Origin: Candidatus Latescibacterota bacterium
GTDB taxonomy: Bacteria; Latescibacterota; UBA2968; GCA-2709665
Reading direction: 5' to 3'
DNA length: 64,000 nucleotides
Assembly (NCBI GenBank): GCA_965205485.1
Contig: OZ242180.1
Coordinates: 2,528,001-2,592,000 of the forward strand
Shown here: positions 50,026 through 60,712 of the stretch, piece by piece
Numbering within the stretch: the stretch's first letter is position 1
Layout: every line of letters begins with the position of its first letter
The notes under the pieces: model-generated
What the model saw: only the letters and a program-made list of their open reading frames with translations
Databases searched by the model: none
Told to the model about the DNA's origin: nothing
Translations under genes and position numbers: made by a program

Positions 50026-51287
50026 AACCGGAACGGGTCCACGTGACGTATGCGCAGCCCGCGTCGCCGCGTTTCGAAGTGGAGATGATTACGGATACGG
50101 CGGGGCACCTGCAGACCGGAGGCAGCGGCGCGAGCTGCTGGGGGTACAACCAGTCCAACATCGTCCGCGCGGGCGAGGAAGTCTATGCGCTGAGCTGGCG
50201 GGACGATATGACGCTTGTGGTGTTCCGGCGCGTCGACGACGGGCGGTGGGAAGCAAGCGACCCCCTGCCTCCTGTGCCGCAGAACGGCAACCTGCTTGTT
50301 GACGGCGCCGGTCGGCTGCACGTGATCGCGGGCGAGAACGCCAGCTACCACGCCATCTTCGACCCACCCGGACAGGTCGAGAGGTTCACGATTCAGGAAT
50401 ACGCCACCGCGGACAGCCGCTTCGGCGCGTCGATCGACGCCGACCGGATCTTCGTCGCCGGCGGGCTGCCAACCATGGCCTGGTACGTGCTGGACCCGAA
50501 TACAGGCTATCGTCCGGCGGCGTCGGGCAGCGTGACACACGAGCAGAACCGCGGGTACAACTTCGTGATCCTCAGCGGCTCCGAGGCGCATTCGATCTCC
50601 AGCGACGACTATTTCCTGGCGGGCGAGCAGTTTCCCAACCAGACGATAAAGCTGAGGGACCGGGAAACCGGCGAGATCAGCATGGTCGAGACGCCCCGCG
50701 GCATCTACCCTGTCCTGAAGGCGTATTATTACTACTGCCCGGACGTGTTCGAATCCCCGGAAGACTGGCGGATGACGGTTATCAGCGACGTGTCCGATAC
50801 ATTCGACGGCCGCGCCAGGGGCACGACCGATCATCAGGACCTGATGATGGACATGCAGGGGCGGGTGCACTTCACGTACTACGAAAACCGGCAGCCGGCC
50901 ACCACCGTGTGGGCGGGCCGCGGGCAGGACCCCGGGAACAGCCGGCTCTACCACGCGGTCGGGGAACCCGGCGGGCCGTTCGAACACTTCTGTATGGGCA
51001 ACTTCAACGGAGGGCGGGTCTACCAGGCGCCGGACGGCCGGTTCCACTACTTCCTGACGCGGGGGGGCAGAGGCAACGCGGAGGGGGTCTGGTACGCCGA
51101 AGGCGAAGACGGTCGGTGGGACCGGATCAGCGAACCGGTTCAGCTGGAAATGCCATCCCGGCTGTGGCACTTTTTTACCAACACAACGCGTGCCGGCGGA
51201 ACCCATGCGCCCTTTATGGATTGCTACTGGACGGGGCCTTCCGAGCAGAACAGCAACGAGGTGTTCTACGGACGATTGACACCGTGA
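50022..51287 (+). CDS. Hypothetical protein, possible beta-propeller
   Basis: ATG 50022 with GGAGG RBS overlapping the oppF-like stop; repeated D..GR(L/V/F)H strand motifs. Confidence 0.7.
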   Translation: MKPERVHVTYAQPASPRFEVEMITDTAGHLQTGGSGASCWGYNQSNIVRAGEEVYALSWRDDMTLVVFRRVDDGRWEASDPLPPVPQNGNLLVDGAGRLHVIAGENASYHAIFDPPGQVERFTIQEYATADSRFGASIDADRIFVAGGLPTMAWYVLDPNTGYRPAASGSVTHEQNRGYNFVILSGSEAHSISSDDYFLAGEQFPNQTIKLRDRETGEISMVETPRGIYPVLKAYYYYCPDVFESPEDWRMTVISDVSDTFDGRARGTTDHQDLMMDMQGRVHFTYYENRQPATTVWAGRGQDPGNSRLYHAVGEPGGPFEHFCMGNFNGGRVYQAPDGRFHYFLTRGGRGNAEGVWYAEGEDGRWDRISEPVQLEMPSRLWHFFTNTTRAGGTHAPFMDCYWTGPSEQNSNEVFYGRLTP

Positions 51288-51336
51288 ACGCGGGATGATT
51301 GAAGCAATTTCCGGAAACGTGCTCCGGACGCGTCAA

Positions 51337-52821
51337 TCAGTTGTCTCCAAGCCGGGACAACTCCGCGCGGGCGACTTCGTCCGACGGGTCCAGCGCCAGG
51401 ACGCGCTTCAGCGCCCGCCGTGCCGCATCCAGTCGTTCCGCCCGTTCGTATAGCGCGGCGGCCCGGACGAACGCGGCGGCCGCATCCCTGGTCCGCCCCA
51501 TGGAAGCGTAGATCCGACCGAGTCGATCGTGCAGTTCGGGGTTTTCGGGTTGGCGCAGCGCCGCACGCTCCAGAACGTCCAGCGTGTGCGCTTCCCCGGA
51601 CAGCCGCTCGAATTCCGCCAGTTCACGTCTCCCTTCCTCGTGCCGTCCCTGAAGCATAAAGGCGCGCCCAAGGCCGTAGCGGGCCCGTGCGTGATCCGGG
51701 TCCAGCGCGATCGCCCGCCGGAATGCCGCCTCCGCTTCGGTCAGGCTGCCCATCCTCAGCAGAACGTCGCCCATCCCGAACCAGGCGCCCGCGTGTGACG
51801 GCGCGTACCGGACGGCCTCACGGTAAGCCTCGACCGCTTTCCGGTCCTCCCCGAGCGCGGCGTATGCCTCCGCAAGGGCCGACCGCGCGTCCGCGAAGTC
51901 GGGCGCCAGCCGGATTGCCCGCCGGAAGGCCGGAACGGCGTCCCCGGTCCGACCCAGAAGCACCAGCGTCCGGCCGAGCATGAAGGGCGCGTCGGGGTTC
52001 GACGGGTCCGCTTTTTCCGCCCTCCCGAAGGCGTCGGCGGCACCGGAAGCGTTGTCTTTCGCGGCTTCGACGTCCCCCACCCCGAGCCACGCGGCCGGGG
52101 AGGCGGGCTCCAGCGCGGCGGCGCGGCGATATGCATCCAACGCCGGGTCAAGGTCGCGCTGGCGTTTATAGTAAGCCGCCAGTTCCAGCCAGGCCGGCAG
52201 CAGGTCGGGTTTCAGGCCGACGGCCCGCTTCAGGGCCGCTTCGCCATCCCTGCCGTTGCCGAGCTTTAATTGGACCGCGCCCAGCCGGTATTGAAGCTCC
52301 GCGCTGCGGGGCGCCAGTGTCACAGCGCGCCTGAATGCGGCGGCCGCCGCAGCGAGGTCGTTTCGCGCAACCGCGAGAATCCCGAGGGCCCGGTGCGCGT
52401 CCGGCAGGTTCGGCGCAAGGTCCGCCGCGCGCCGATATGCGCGTCCGGCATCCTGCAGCCTTCCCATACGCTGATAGACGGCGCCAAGCACGAGATGGGT
52501 GTGCCGGTAGCCCGGCTCCAAACGTGCCGCGCGTTCCAGCATCTGTGAGGCGTCTTCCAGACGGCCCATCTGCGCGCGAAGGATGCCGAAATTGTGCCAG
52601 ACCTCAGCCGATCGGGGCGCCAGTTCAGCGGCCCGAGCCATTTTGCGCGAAGCGTCTTCCAGCCTGCCCGCACCGGCGAGTTCCAGCCCGGCCTCCAGCG
52701 CCCGCCGCGCGGCCGACGGCATTCCTGTTGCCGCTGCGGTGACGTTCAGGTACAGCGTTGCGGCGAAGACGATCGCAAGAAATAAAGGCGCCATAAGTAC
52801 GCGCCAGCCGGCCCGCTCCAT
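51337..52821 (-). CDS. Tetratricopeptide repeat protein
   Basis: N-terminal signal/TM segment followed by many 34-aa A...LG...G...A...RA..L.P repeats; start codon uncertain. Confidence 0.9.
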   Translation of the reverse strand: MERAGWRVLMAPLFLAIVFAATLYLNVTAAATGMPSAARRALEAGLELAGAGRLEDASRKMARAAELAPRSAEVWHNFGILRAQMGRLEDASQMLERAARLEPGYRHTHLVLGAVYQRMGRLQDAGRAYRRAADLAPNLPDAHRALGILAVARNDLAAAAAAFRRAVTLAPRSAELQYRLGAVQLKLGNGRDGEAALKRAVGLKPDLLPAWLELAAYYKRQRDLDPALDAYRRAAALEPASPAAWLGVGDVEAAKDNASGAADAFGRAEKADPSNPDAPFMLGRTLVLLGRTGDAVPAFRRAIRLAPDFADARSALAEAYAALGEDRKAVEAYREAVRYAPSHAGAWFGMGDVLLRMGSLTEAEAAFRRAIALDPDHARARYGLGRAFMLQGRHEEGRRELAEFERLSGEAHTLDVLERAALRQPENPELHDRLGRIYASMGRTRDAAAAFVRAAALYERAERLDAARRALKRVLALDPSDEVARAELSRLGDN

Positions 52822-53053
52822 AGAGATTTGTCCTCTTCCACTATTGACCACTTGGGACCTGCTTCGTGTTCTGACGACGTAAAAGATACATCAGGACCTT
52901 GAGCTGGCACAGACAAAAACCATTCCCGCATCGAGGGCCTTTTGCTTTCCATGCATCCGAAAGCGGTTCGCCGGAGTCGACACCATATCTGATTTGGCAT
53001 CCCTGGAACCAACGCGATCCTGCCCTGCATCAGTCCCTGATCTGACAGTATCC

Positions 53054-53204
53054 GGAGCGAGGGCATCCCTGCCCTCGAACTTCGAGCAACCGACGAATCT
53101 CCATATCAAGGGCCTATTGCTTCCCTTTCATCCGCAACGACGTCTGGGATGACGGCGCAAAGGCCTCGCGAGTTCGCCGTCGAGGGCAGGGATGCCCTCG
53201 CTCC
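53054..53204. repeat. Family B REP-like doublet copy (variant arms)
   Basis: Arms GAGGGCATCCCTGCCCTCG and CGAGGGCAGGGATGCCCTC. Confidence 0.88.
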
Positions 53205-53509
53205 CGGGAAAGGCAATCGCGACTTCCTGACGACCTCCCGCCGGTGTGTGGTTTCTCGTTCCACCGCTCAACTTGACCTGGGCAGCAGCGGATGCAGATC
53301 TTCGTTTAATTGATTTAATTCGACCTATTAAAAGCAGTCGATTTTCTCTTTGTTTTATGTTAATCCCGGCTTATATTCAGTATTGGTGAGATGCTTCAGG
53401 GATGGCCCGCGACGGAATCCTGAGGCGCCTTATCGAATCACGGAATCCATCCTTACAAGCAAGTATACAGGTCAACATACGGCCGTAGTTCGAAAGGAGG
53501 TCCGAAGTT

Positions 53510-54247
53510 ATGAAGGCAACGGGCATTCTCAGATTGGCGCTCGTCCCGGTCCTGGGTGCGTTTATTCTGTTCGGACTCGGCATCACGTCCGCTCCGCATG
53601 CGCAGGACATGCGTTACGCGCTCGGCGTCCATGCGTCCGCGTTGCGGCCTGCCGGGCCGCTCAAGGGTTGGTACAATATTTCGCCGGCGTTTGTCGGGCA
53701 GTTGACGTACCAGGTGTCCGACAGAACGATGACGGAAGTGGAATTGACATACTCGCCGCTGACGGACGCCGGTCTGTCCGACCGGCAGTTCACCTGGCAC
53801 AACGGTCTCGGGGCTGCGAACGGCACCAGGATCAAGAGTCCCGGCGCCGAGGCGAATATGTGGATCGGCGGCATCGTGGTCAACGGATTGCGCAGTCTCA
53901 AGCCCGACCAGGTCGGGCAGAGCGTTCCGTACATTGCTGCCGGCATCGGGTTTTTAAGGTATACCCACGAGGTATCGGGTCTGATCTGGCCGGGGCAGGT
54001 GGGCGAACAGATCAGAACGGATGCGCAGGGCATGGTTGAAACCACGGTGGACGAGGACGTGGCGCTGTCGATCAACACCGGACTGGGCTTCTACCGGCGC
54101 ACGTCCGACCAGTTTCTGGTGGATTTCAGGGTCCGCTGGAACGTATCCATGGGCGAATTGAGGCCCTACGAAGACTGGGAACTGAAGAAGACGTTTCCGA
54201 TTTTCAGTTTCAACCTGATGGTCGGCGTCAAGTACTTCATGCGATAA
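53510..54247 (+). CDS. Outer membrane beta-barrel protein
   Basis: AAGGAGG RBS, signal peptide, PYIAAGIG, alternating strands, C-terminal VGVKYF. Confidence 0.8.
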   Translation: MKATGILRLALVPVLGAFILFGLGITSAPHAQDMRYALGVHASALRPAGPLKGWYNISPAFVGQLTYQVSDRTMTEVELTYSPLTDAGLSDRQFTWHNGLGAANGTRIKSPGAEANMWIGGIVVNGLRSLKPDQVGQSVPYIAAGIGFLRYTHEVSGLIWPGQVGEQIRTDAQGMVETTVDEDVALSINTGLGFYRRTSDQFLVDFRVRWNVSMGELRPYEDWELKKTFPIFSFNLMVGVKYFMR

Positions 54248-54913
54248 ATGAGCGCCCGGACCGCAGCGTTTGTGCTCATACTCGTATTCCTGGTCCGCCC
54301 GGAAACCGAGGCCCGGCCCAAACGGGTGTTTCAGGTCCCCAACGCCAACGCGGCCCGTTGTCGCACCTGCCACGTCGACCGGGGCAGAACAACCACAAGG
54401 CTCGATATTCCGCTTTCGGAGTCGACGCATGAAGCCATAGACGAAGGCGACGAGATCTGCGCCAGTTGCCACACGTACACGGGCGGCGGGGGTCCTCTGA
54501 ACGCCTTCGGAGTGACGATAAAGAGCGGGTTTCTGTCCCAGGCCGGGTATACCGGAAACGTGGTGTGGGGGCCAAGCCTGGCACTGCTCGACTCCGACCG
54601 GGACGGATTTACGAACGGCATGGAACTCGGCGATCCGGCAGGCGCATGGCGGGTCGGCGATCCGGCGCCGGGACGGATCCTGTCGTTGAGCAATCCCGGA
54701 GTATTCAGCAGCGTTCCCGTGACTTCGCGGCACCGGTCGGACTTCAACTCGGACGGCAAGGTCGACTTTGCGGACTTTTCAAGCTTCGCCGCGGCATTCG
54801 GAAGGAGCCGGGGCGACCCGGAATTCAATCCGGTTTTCGACCTGAACGGAGACGACACCATCAACTTCCAGGACTTTGTCAGCTTCGCGGGGGACTTCGG
54901 CGCGGGCGAATGA
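54248..54913 (+). CDS. Secreted protein with two CxxCH motifs and C-terminal dockerin/EF-hand pair
   Basis: CRTCH, CASCH, DSDRDGFTNGMELGDP, DFNSDGKVDFADF and DLNGDDTINFQDF motifs. Confidence 0.78.
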   Translation: MSARTAAFVLILVFLVRPETEARPKRVFQVPNANAARCRTCHVDRGRTTTRLDIPLSESTHEAIDEGDEICASCHTYTGGGGPLNAFGVTIKSGFLSQAGYTGNVVWGPSLALLDSDRDGFTNGMELGDPAGAWRVGDPAPGRILSLSNPGVFSSVPVTSRHRSDFNSDGKVDFADFSSFAAAFGRSRGDPEFNPVFDLNGDDTINFQDFVSFAGDFGAGE

Positions 54914-55049
54914 ATCCGTCTCCGGAGCTCCGCTTGAATCCACTTCAACCGGTTTGTCAACAGGGAGCACCGCCTATGGAGAGGATCGCAAATCAAGGAG
55001 AGTACGACGGTCGGATCTTACACGGATCTATCAGCTAAGGAGTTGGCGT

Positions 55050-58000
55050 ATGAGGCGTGGATTTTTGGTTTTGGGCATCATTACGGCGCTATGCCTGCTG
55101 GCGGAGCCGGCGCAGTCCCAGACCTTCTACGGCAAGATTACCGGACAGGTGACCGACGCGGACGGCGAGACCCTGCCCGGAGCCAACGTCGTGGTGGAAG
55201 GGACGCGCTTCGGTGCGACGTCCGACAGCGAAGGGTATTACGTCATTATCGGTGTCGAGCCCGGGCTATACACCCTGAAGGCATCGATTGTCGGTTACGA
55301 GGCGGTGATTCGGGAGCGGGTCAAGGTGGCCGCGGGCCTGACGACGGTGTCCGATTTCACGCTCCGGGAATCGGCGCTGGAGGCCGCGGAAATCGTGGTG
55401 AGGGCCGAGCGGCCCCTGGTGGAGGTGGACCGGACGTCCAGCGAGGCGAAGATATCCTCGCAGGAGATCGAACAGGTCCCCATCATCAGAGGCGTCAGGG
55501 AGCACCTTCAGTACGCCGTGGGTACGAACGTGAACGACAGTCCCGGCAACGGCGTGCGCATCCGGCATATGAGCTATTATTCGATGCGCGCGGCGCAGAC
55601 CTGGACCTTCGACGGCATCGAGTTGATGAACCTGGACACCTCGCAGCAGACGGGTGTCCGGCAATACACGAACCTGCCGGTAACCGCCGTCGGGGAGATG
55701 GGGCTGGTCAGGGGCGGGGCGGACGCCTCACAGGCCTCGTCGCCCGCTGGCGTGGTGAACATCATCAGCAGGGAGGGTACGCGGATTTACCGCGGCGGCC
55801 TCGACCTCCGGGTGGAATTGCCCGGCAAGCGGCACCGCGGCGCCAACATATACGACGCCACGCCGGGGCAGCGCGGTGGGGCGAACGGGTACTGGCGCGA
55901 CAGGCTGCAGTGGAACAACCCCGAATGGGTGAACGAGCAGGATCCGGAAACCGGACAGCAGATCCACGTCAAGCAGGACTACGAGAGTTCGGTCGGACAT
56001 TTCGTGGAGGGATGGGTCAGCGGTCCTCTGGGCGAGAACGCCACGTTCGTGGTGAGCGGTAAAACCAGCCGCGCCAAGATCAATCTGCCCGCGCCCACGC
56101 TGACGGGGCTGCGGCAGCACAGCATCTTCGGAAAAATCAGCTTCACCCCGTCGCCGAACCTCAAGGTCAAGGTGGGCTTCAATCAGTCCAACGAGCCCAC
56201 GTTCTTCGGCGACGCCAACCGTTCGGTGGGGGGCAACCTCTTCCTCATCAACGGCACGACCGGTTACCAGCAGAACCGGGTCAACCGGATCTTCTACGTA
56301 ACGGGCACCCAGAGCATCAACCCCCGGATGTTCCACGAATTCCAGGTGGGGTACTACGGTACGAAGACGGACCCGGGTGAAGACGTGGACGCCACGACAA
56401 CCTCATGGCGAAGGGACAAGCTGGGCCAATTCAATGTAGATCGGGAACGAAGGCGCATCGTCGTGGAAGACAACAACAGGTACAGCTTGCGGTACGACTT
56501 CACCGGTCAGCTCACCCGGCGGAATCTCTTCAAGGCCGGTTTCGTGTTTCAGAACATGAGCAATCTCAACTGGGACTACAACCGGTCCAGCGCGACCAAC
56601 GCCACGCTCAAGATCATGGCCGGCAACAGCGAGCCCGGCAAGCGGTATACGGTGAACCGGCTGGCCGCTTACGTGGACGAAAAGCTGGAGTTCCAGGGCC
56701 TCGTGCTGCACGCGGGCCTTCGCTTCGACAGCTTCTGGGGCGGGCCCGAGCGGACGCTGTCCGGCTTTATGAAGGCACTGCCGGGCTGGAGGACCTACAA
56801 GGCCTGGCGCACGGGGCGGGTGCCGCTGGCGAAAACGCGGCCGATGACGAGCCTGTCGCCGCGGATCGGTCTGTCCCATCCGATCACCGAACGATCCACC
56901 GTGCGGTACTCATACGGCGTGTACTACAAACCCCCGCAATTCTCCCTGCTCTGGCTGGAACCCTGGACCACGTCCGATGCCCAGAACCACCCCGAACTGG
57001 ACGACGTCTGGTTCGATCTGAACTGGATCGGGGGCGGGCAGTGGCGCCTCGACGGCGGCTATCAGAACCCGGGGGGGTTGCCGAGTACCGCCGAGTTCGA
57101 GGTGACCGGGGAGTGGAACTTCGTCAGCGACTTCGTGATGGAGCTTTCCACCTACTACCGCCGGACCGAACGGGTTGGTTCGGGCGGGGTGCATCGGTTC
57201 TCGGATCCGGTGCAGACCCTGACCTACGTGGGTCACCGCGGTCCCAACGCCCGCCTGGAAACCAAGGGCATCGAGATGGGTTTCACGAAGGCATTTTCCA
57301 ACAACTTCTCATTCCGGGTGGGTCTGGACGTGAGTTGGGTGCTCTTCAACTGGTCGGGCGGTTCACAGCTTCAGGTTACTACGTTTCCGGACTCCAACTT
57401 CATTGCCAGTGCGAAATACTTCACGGTCGATGCGAATGACGAAATTGTTCGTCTGACCGACGATGAAATCCGGACGATCGGCCACAGGGCGAACGAGGCG
57501 ATCCGCAAGAAACAGGCGGACGGGACGACTTTCGTCGGGGGGTGGGGCACGAACCGGCTCGATGCGATACGTCCCTGGAGCGAATATCCCGGCCTGAGCG
57601 AATCAGAGAAGCAGGAGATGCAGAACCTCTGGTTCGAGGACGTCTGGCGCCAGGTGGACGCGTTCCGGGGGCAGCCGCCCACCACGAATGCCTCCTTCCA
57701 GTTCCTCTGGTCCACGCCGATGGACTGGGGGCCGGGCGAAGAAATCGGCGGCGCCAAGATCCTGGGCGGCATCCAGGCCAACGTGGTCTGGAGGCTGGAC
57801 AACGGGCGGCAGTTCCAGATCACCCTGCCCGGGACGAGCGTGCAGACCGTCCGCAACCGTCCGATTTTCGTCCGGACCGACCTCAACTTCCAGAAGTCGT
57901 TCAGGATCGGGGAAACCACCCCCACGCTGTACGCGGAGGTGTTCAACCTGTTCAATACCTTCTACGACGGGTCCTCCGGCTCCAACTATGTGCGCTGGGG

Positions 58001-58112
58001 CCTGAAGAAGCCCACGCCGAACGACACCAATTACCTGAAGTACGGCGACTCGAATTTCAGGCGCGGCGGAACGCCGAGGTACGTGAATGCGGGCGTGCGG
58101 ATCGGTTTCTAG
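55050..58112 (+). CDS. TonB-dependent receptor with N-terminal carboxypeptidase-regulatory-like domain
   Basis: GKITGQVTDADGETLPGANVVVEGT, plug AGVVNIISREG, GLRFD, SPRIGLSHPI, NLFN; ends in F. Confidence 0.92.
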   Translation: MRRGFLVLGIITALCLLAEPAQSQTFYGKITGQVTDADGETLPGANVVVEGTRFGATSDSEGYYVIIGVEPGLYTLKASIVGYEAVIRERVKVAAGLTTVSDFTLRESALEAAEIVVRAERPLVEVDRTSSEAKISSQEIEQVPIIRGVREHLQYAVGTNVNDSPGNGVRIRHMSYYSMRAAQTWTFDGIELMNLDTSQQTGVRQYTNLPVTAVGEMGLVRGGADASQASSPAGVVNIISREGTRIYRGGLDLRVELPGKRHRGANIYDATPGQRGGANGYWRDRLQWNNPEWVNEQDPETGQQIHVKQDYESSVGHFVEGWVSGPLGENATFVVSGKTSRAKINLPAPTLTGLRQHSIFGKISFTPSPNLKVKVGFNQSNEPTFFGDANRSVGGNLFLINGTTGYQQNRVNRIFYVTGTQSINPRMFHEFQVGYYGTKTDPGEDVDATTTSWRRDKLGQFNVDRERRRIVVEDNNRYSLRYDFTGQLTRRNLFKAGFVFQNMSNLNWDYNRSSATNATLKIMAGNSEPGKRYTVNRLAAYVDEKLEFQGLVLHAGLRFDSFWGGPERTLSGFMKALPGWRTYKAWRTGRVPLAKTRPMTSLSPRIGLSHPITERSTVRYSYGVYYKPPQFSLLWLEPWTTSDAQNHPELDDVWFDLNWIGGGQWRLDGGYQNPGGLPSTAEFEVTGEWNFVSDFVMELSTYYRRTERVGSGGVHRFSDPVQTLTYVGHRGPNARLETKGIEMGFTKAFSNNFSFRVGLDVSWVLFNWSGGSQLQVTTFPDSNFIASAKYFTVDANDEIVRLTDDEIRTIGHRANEAIRKKQADGTTFVGGWGTNRLDAIRPWSEYPGLSESEKQEMQNLWFEDVWRQVDAFRGQPPTTNASFQFLWSTPMDWGPGEEIGGAKILGGIQANVVWRLDNGRQFQITLPGTSVQTVRNRPIFVRTDLNFQKSFRIGETTPTLYAEVFNLFNTFYDGSSGSNYVRWGLKKPTPNDTNYLKYGDSNFRRGGTPRYVNAGVRIGF

Positions 58113-58173
58113 GTATGTATCTGACGCCGGGGCGGCGCGGCTGCCCCGGCGCAAACAGGCGGGGAGAAAATCA

Positions 58174-60702
58174 ATGAGACGCATAACCATCATTACAGGC
58201 GCACTCCTGATCGCAGGCGCGTTCTGGCGTCCGGCCGAGGCCCAGCGGGCGACCATCTCCAACCTGGCCGGTGAATCGCTGACGCCCCGGCACCTCGCGC
58301 GCGGCACCCTCTGGCACAGCTTTCTCAGCACGGGCGCCGAAGGGGCTCGGCCGGTGGAAGGAAACTATGCCGGCCTCTATCTGGATCTGGCCTATCCGGG
58401 GTTCGCGCTGATCAGCTGGGGGGGCGGCGGAACGAACGACTTTTCCGCCTACTACGGGGAACAGCGCAGCGCCGGGAGCATGCACGTGGATCTGACGTCG
58501 CACAACGGCCGCGGCCACGGATGGTGGATCGCCACCAAAGTGAACGGCGAGGCCGCGGTGAGCTGGGCCAACCCCCTCATATCGGCGATGGAAGAAAGCG
58601 AAGACGTCGTGGCGATGGCGGTGGATCCCAGCGTGGACTTCAGGGGCAAGTACGCGGGGCTGGGCAGCGACGTGGTCAGCCCCAATTCGGGGCGATCGAT
58701 GGCCAACTGGTGGCCCGGCACCGGGGTGGAGCTGGATGCGCTGGAACCCAGGGAAATCCTGAATTACCGCATCGGCCAGTACAACGACGTTTCCACCGAC
58801 AATTTTCCTGAAGACATCGTCCTGAGCAAGTGGACCACCGGGCTGGGCATTACGGGTGAGAAGGCGGCCTTTGCGTGGAACCACCCGGACTACGACGATT
58901 TCGTGATCACCGAGTGGGTATTCGAGAACACCGGGGATACCGACGGCGATCGCTCAGCCGACCTCGCGGGCGGCGGGCACAATCTCTCGAACGTCTATTT
59001 TTCCTTCCATCACCGGTTCCTGCCGTCATCCGCGGGCGTCTCCCGGGTCAGTTACAGGGCGTATTATTCCGACTACGGCACGGGAGACGGGTGCAGCAGC
59101 AATTTCGGACCCCTGGACAATTCCCAGGACGACAAGATCAAGTATACGGAGGCGCCCAATTACGACGGTCCTGCATCCGCGCGCGGCCTCCGGCTGACGT
59201 ACCAGTACGACTGGGACAACTTCTGCCTGACAGGGCCGCTGGCGGACGATATCGGCGATCCGTACCGCTCCGAACACAGGTGCGCGCAGTGCACGTTCCC
59301 GAGTCTTATCGGCGTCGGGGACATCACGTCCCCGGCATGGATCGGCAAGGCCCCGATCGACGTGGATCCCACGGACGGGTTCGTGGGCGATCCGGAGAGC
59401 TACGAGGCGCCGAAGGTTCCTGAGCAGCCGTTCTCGTACAACTTCTTCCATTTTCTGTACCGGTATCCGTCCAGCGCGGCGGCCGCCGTCGGGTTACTCA
59501 CGGACGAACCGAACCCGAATGAGATGAACCACGAGACGCTCTACCAGATGCTGATCAGCACGCCGGAACCGTCCTATTTCAACGAGCCGCTTCTGGAACG
59601 CCCGAGCAGGGGTTCGGGAAATCCCAACCTGGGCGTGCCGCTGCTCCCGATTCCGGAGGTCCCGTTAGGCCCAATGCCGTATATGCCCATCCCCACCTGG
59701 GAGTGGGAGGGCAGGCACGGCATTGCCGCGGGCTACACCCCGTTGGAGACATACGGCCCCTATGACCTGGCGCCCGGCCAGAAGGTGAAGTTCGTGTTTG
59801 CCTACGTGGCGGCCGCACCGGTTACGGAGAACTTCCGGGCTTACCAGAAGTCGGGAGACACCAGCGAACTCAAGAAGGAAGAGAACGGCGCCGCGTTCAC
59901 CAATCTGCTCAACCACCTCAATAAGGCCAAGGAGGCCTATGCGCTGGGTTACGACCTGCCCAACCAGCCTCCCGACGTGGACGCGACGGTGTCCTCTTCC
60001 GAGAACGCCCGCAACCTGATTACCTGGAAGGGCGACCCGGAGAAGTCGATCAATCCGGATACCGGGCAATCCGACGTGGCGGGCTACCGCATCTACCAGT
60101 CCGAGACCCAGCCGGGCCTCTGGAAGATGATCCAGGACGTACCGGCGAACGGCTCCGCGGAATACGCGTACGAAGACACGGAGTCGCTCGCGGGATTCCA
60201 GTATTATTATGCCGTGCGCTCCTACCAGGGCAGCGCCAATTCCGGATTCGCCAGCCGGGTGACGGGCGCCACGGTGGAGGGCGGTGTCCGGGCCTACGAA
60301 TCCGGAATCGGAGACGTTTCCACGTACTATCTGCCCCCCTCGGGAGCGGCGCCCGACAGCCCCGTGCAGGTGCCCACGGCCAGCGCGGACCGGCTGGAAA
60401 AGGATATCCTCATTGTGCCGAATCCGTACATCCCCGAGTCGCCGCACACCTACGAGGGCTCAACCAAGATCCGCATCCTGAATGTCCCCAGGAAGGCCAA
60501 GATCAGGATCTTCTCGGTAGCCGGCGACCTGGTGGGCGAAGTCGACCACGATTCGCAGACAGAGGGCGAAGCGGCCTTCTTCCAGTTCAACAGAACGCAC
60601 ATCACGCAGTTGACCTTCGGCGTGTACTTCGTCACCGTCGAGTCCCTGGTGTCGGAATCCCAGGGACAGGTGAAGGGCGCCAAGCTGGTCATCATTCGCT
60701 AA
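58174..60702 (+). CDS. Large secreted protein with FN3-like and T9SS-CTD-like C-terminal domain
   Basis: Signal peptide; GYRIYQS...YYYAVRSY; C-terminal VPNPY...IRIFSVAGDLV...GVYF...KLVIIR. Confidence 0.8.
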   Translation: MRRITIITGALLIAGAFWRPAEAQRATISNLAGESLTPRHLARGTLWHSFLSTGAEGARPVEGNYAGLYLDLAYPGFALISWGGGGTNDFSAYYGEQRSAGSMHVDLTSHNGRGHGWWIATKVNGEAAVSWANPLISAMEESEDVVAMAVDPSVDFRGKYAGLGSDVVSPNSGRSMANWWPGTGVELDALEPREILNYRIGQYNDVSTDNFPEDIVLSKWTTGLGITGEKAAFAWNHPDYDDFVITEWVFENTGDTDGDRSADLAGGGHNLSNVYFSFHHRFLPSSAGVSRVSYRAYYSDYGTGDGCSSNFGPLDNSQDDKIKYTEAPNYDGPASARGLRLTYQYDWDNFCLTGPLADDIGDPYRSEHRCAQCTFPSLIGVGDITSPAWIGKAPIDVDPTDGFVGDPESYEAPKVPEQPFSYNFFHFLYRYPSSAAAAVGLLTDEPNPNEMNHETLYQMLISTPEPSYFNEPLLERPSRGSGNPNLGVPLLPIPEVPLGPMPYMPIPTWEWEGRHGIAAGYTPLETYGPYDLAPGQKVKFVFAYVAAAPVTENFRAYQKSGDTSELKKEENGAAFTNLLNHLNKAKEAYALGYDLPNQPPDVDATVSSSENARNLITWKGDPEKSINPDTGQSDVAGYRIYQSETQPGLWKMIQDVPANGSAEYAYEDTESLAGFQYYYAVRSYQGSANSGFASRVTGATVEGGVRAYESGIGDVSTYYLPPSGAAPDSPVQVPTASADRLEKDILIVPNPYIPESPHTYEGSTKIRILNVPRKAKIRIFSVAGDLVGEVDHDSQTEGEAAFFQFNRTHITQLTFGVYFVTVESLVSESQGQVKGAKLVIIR

Positions 60703-60712
60703 GGAGGTCGCC

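Noticed and set aside
53280..53500. Riboswitch upstream of the outer membrane/TonB cluster
   Set aside because: No cobalamin, TPP or SAM consensus recognisable by eye; an Rfam scan would be needed.
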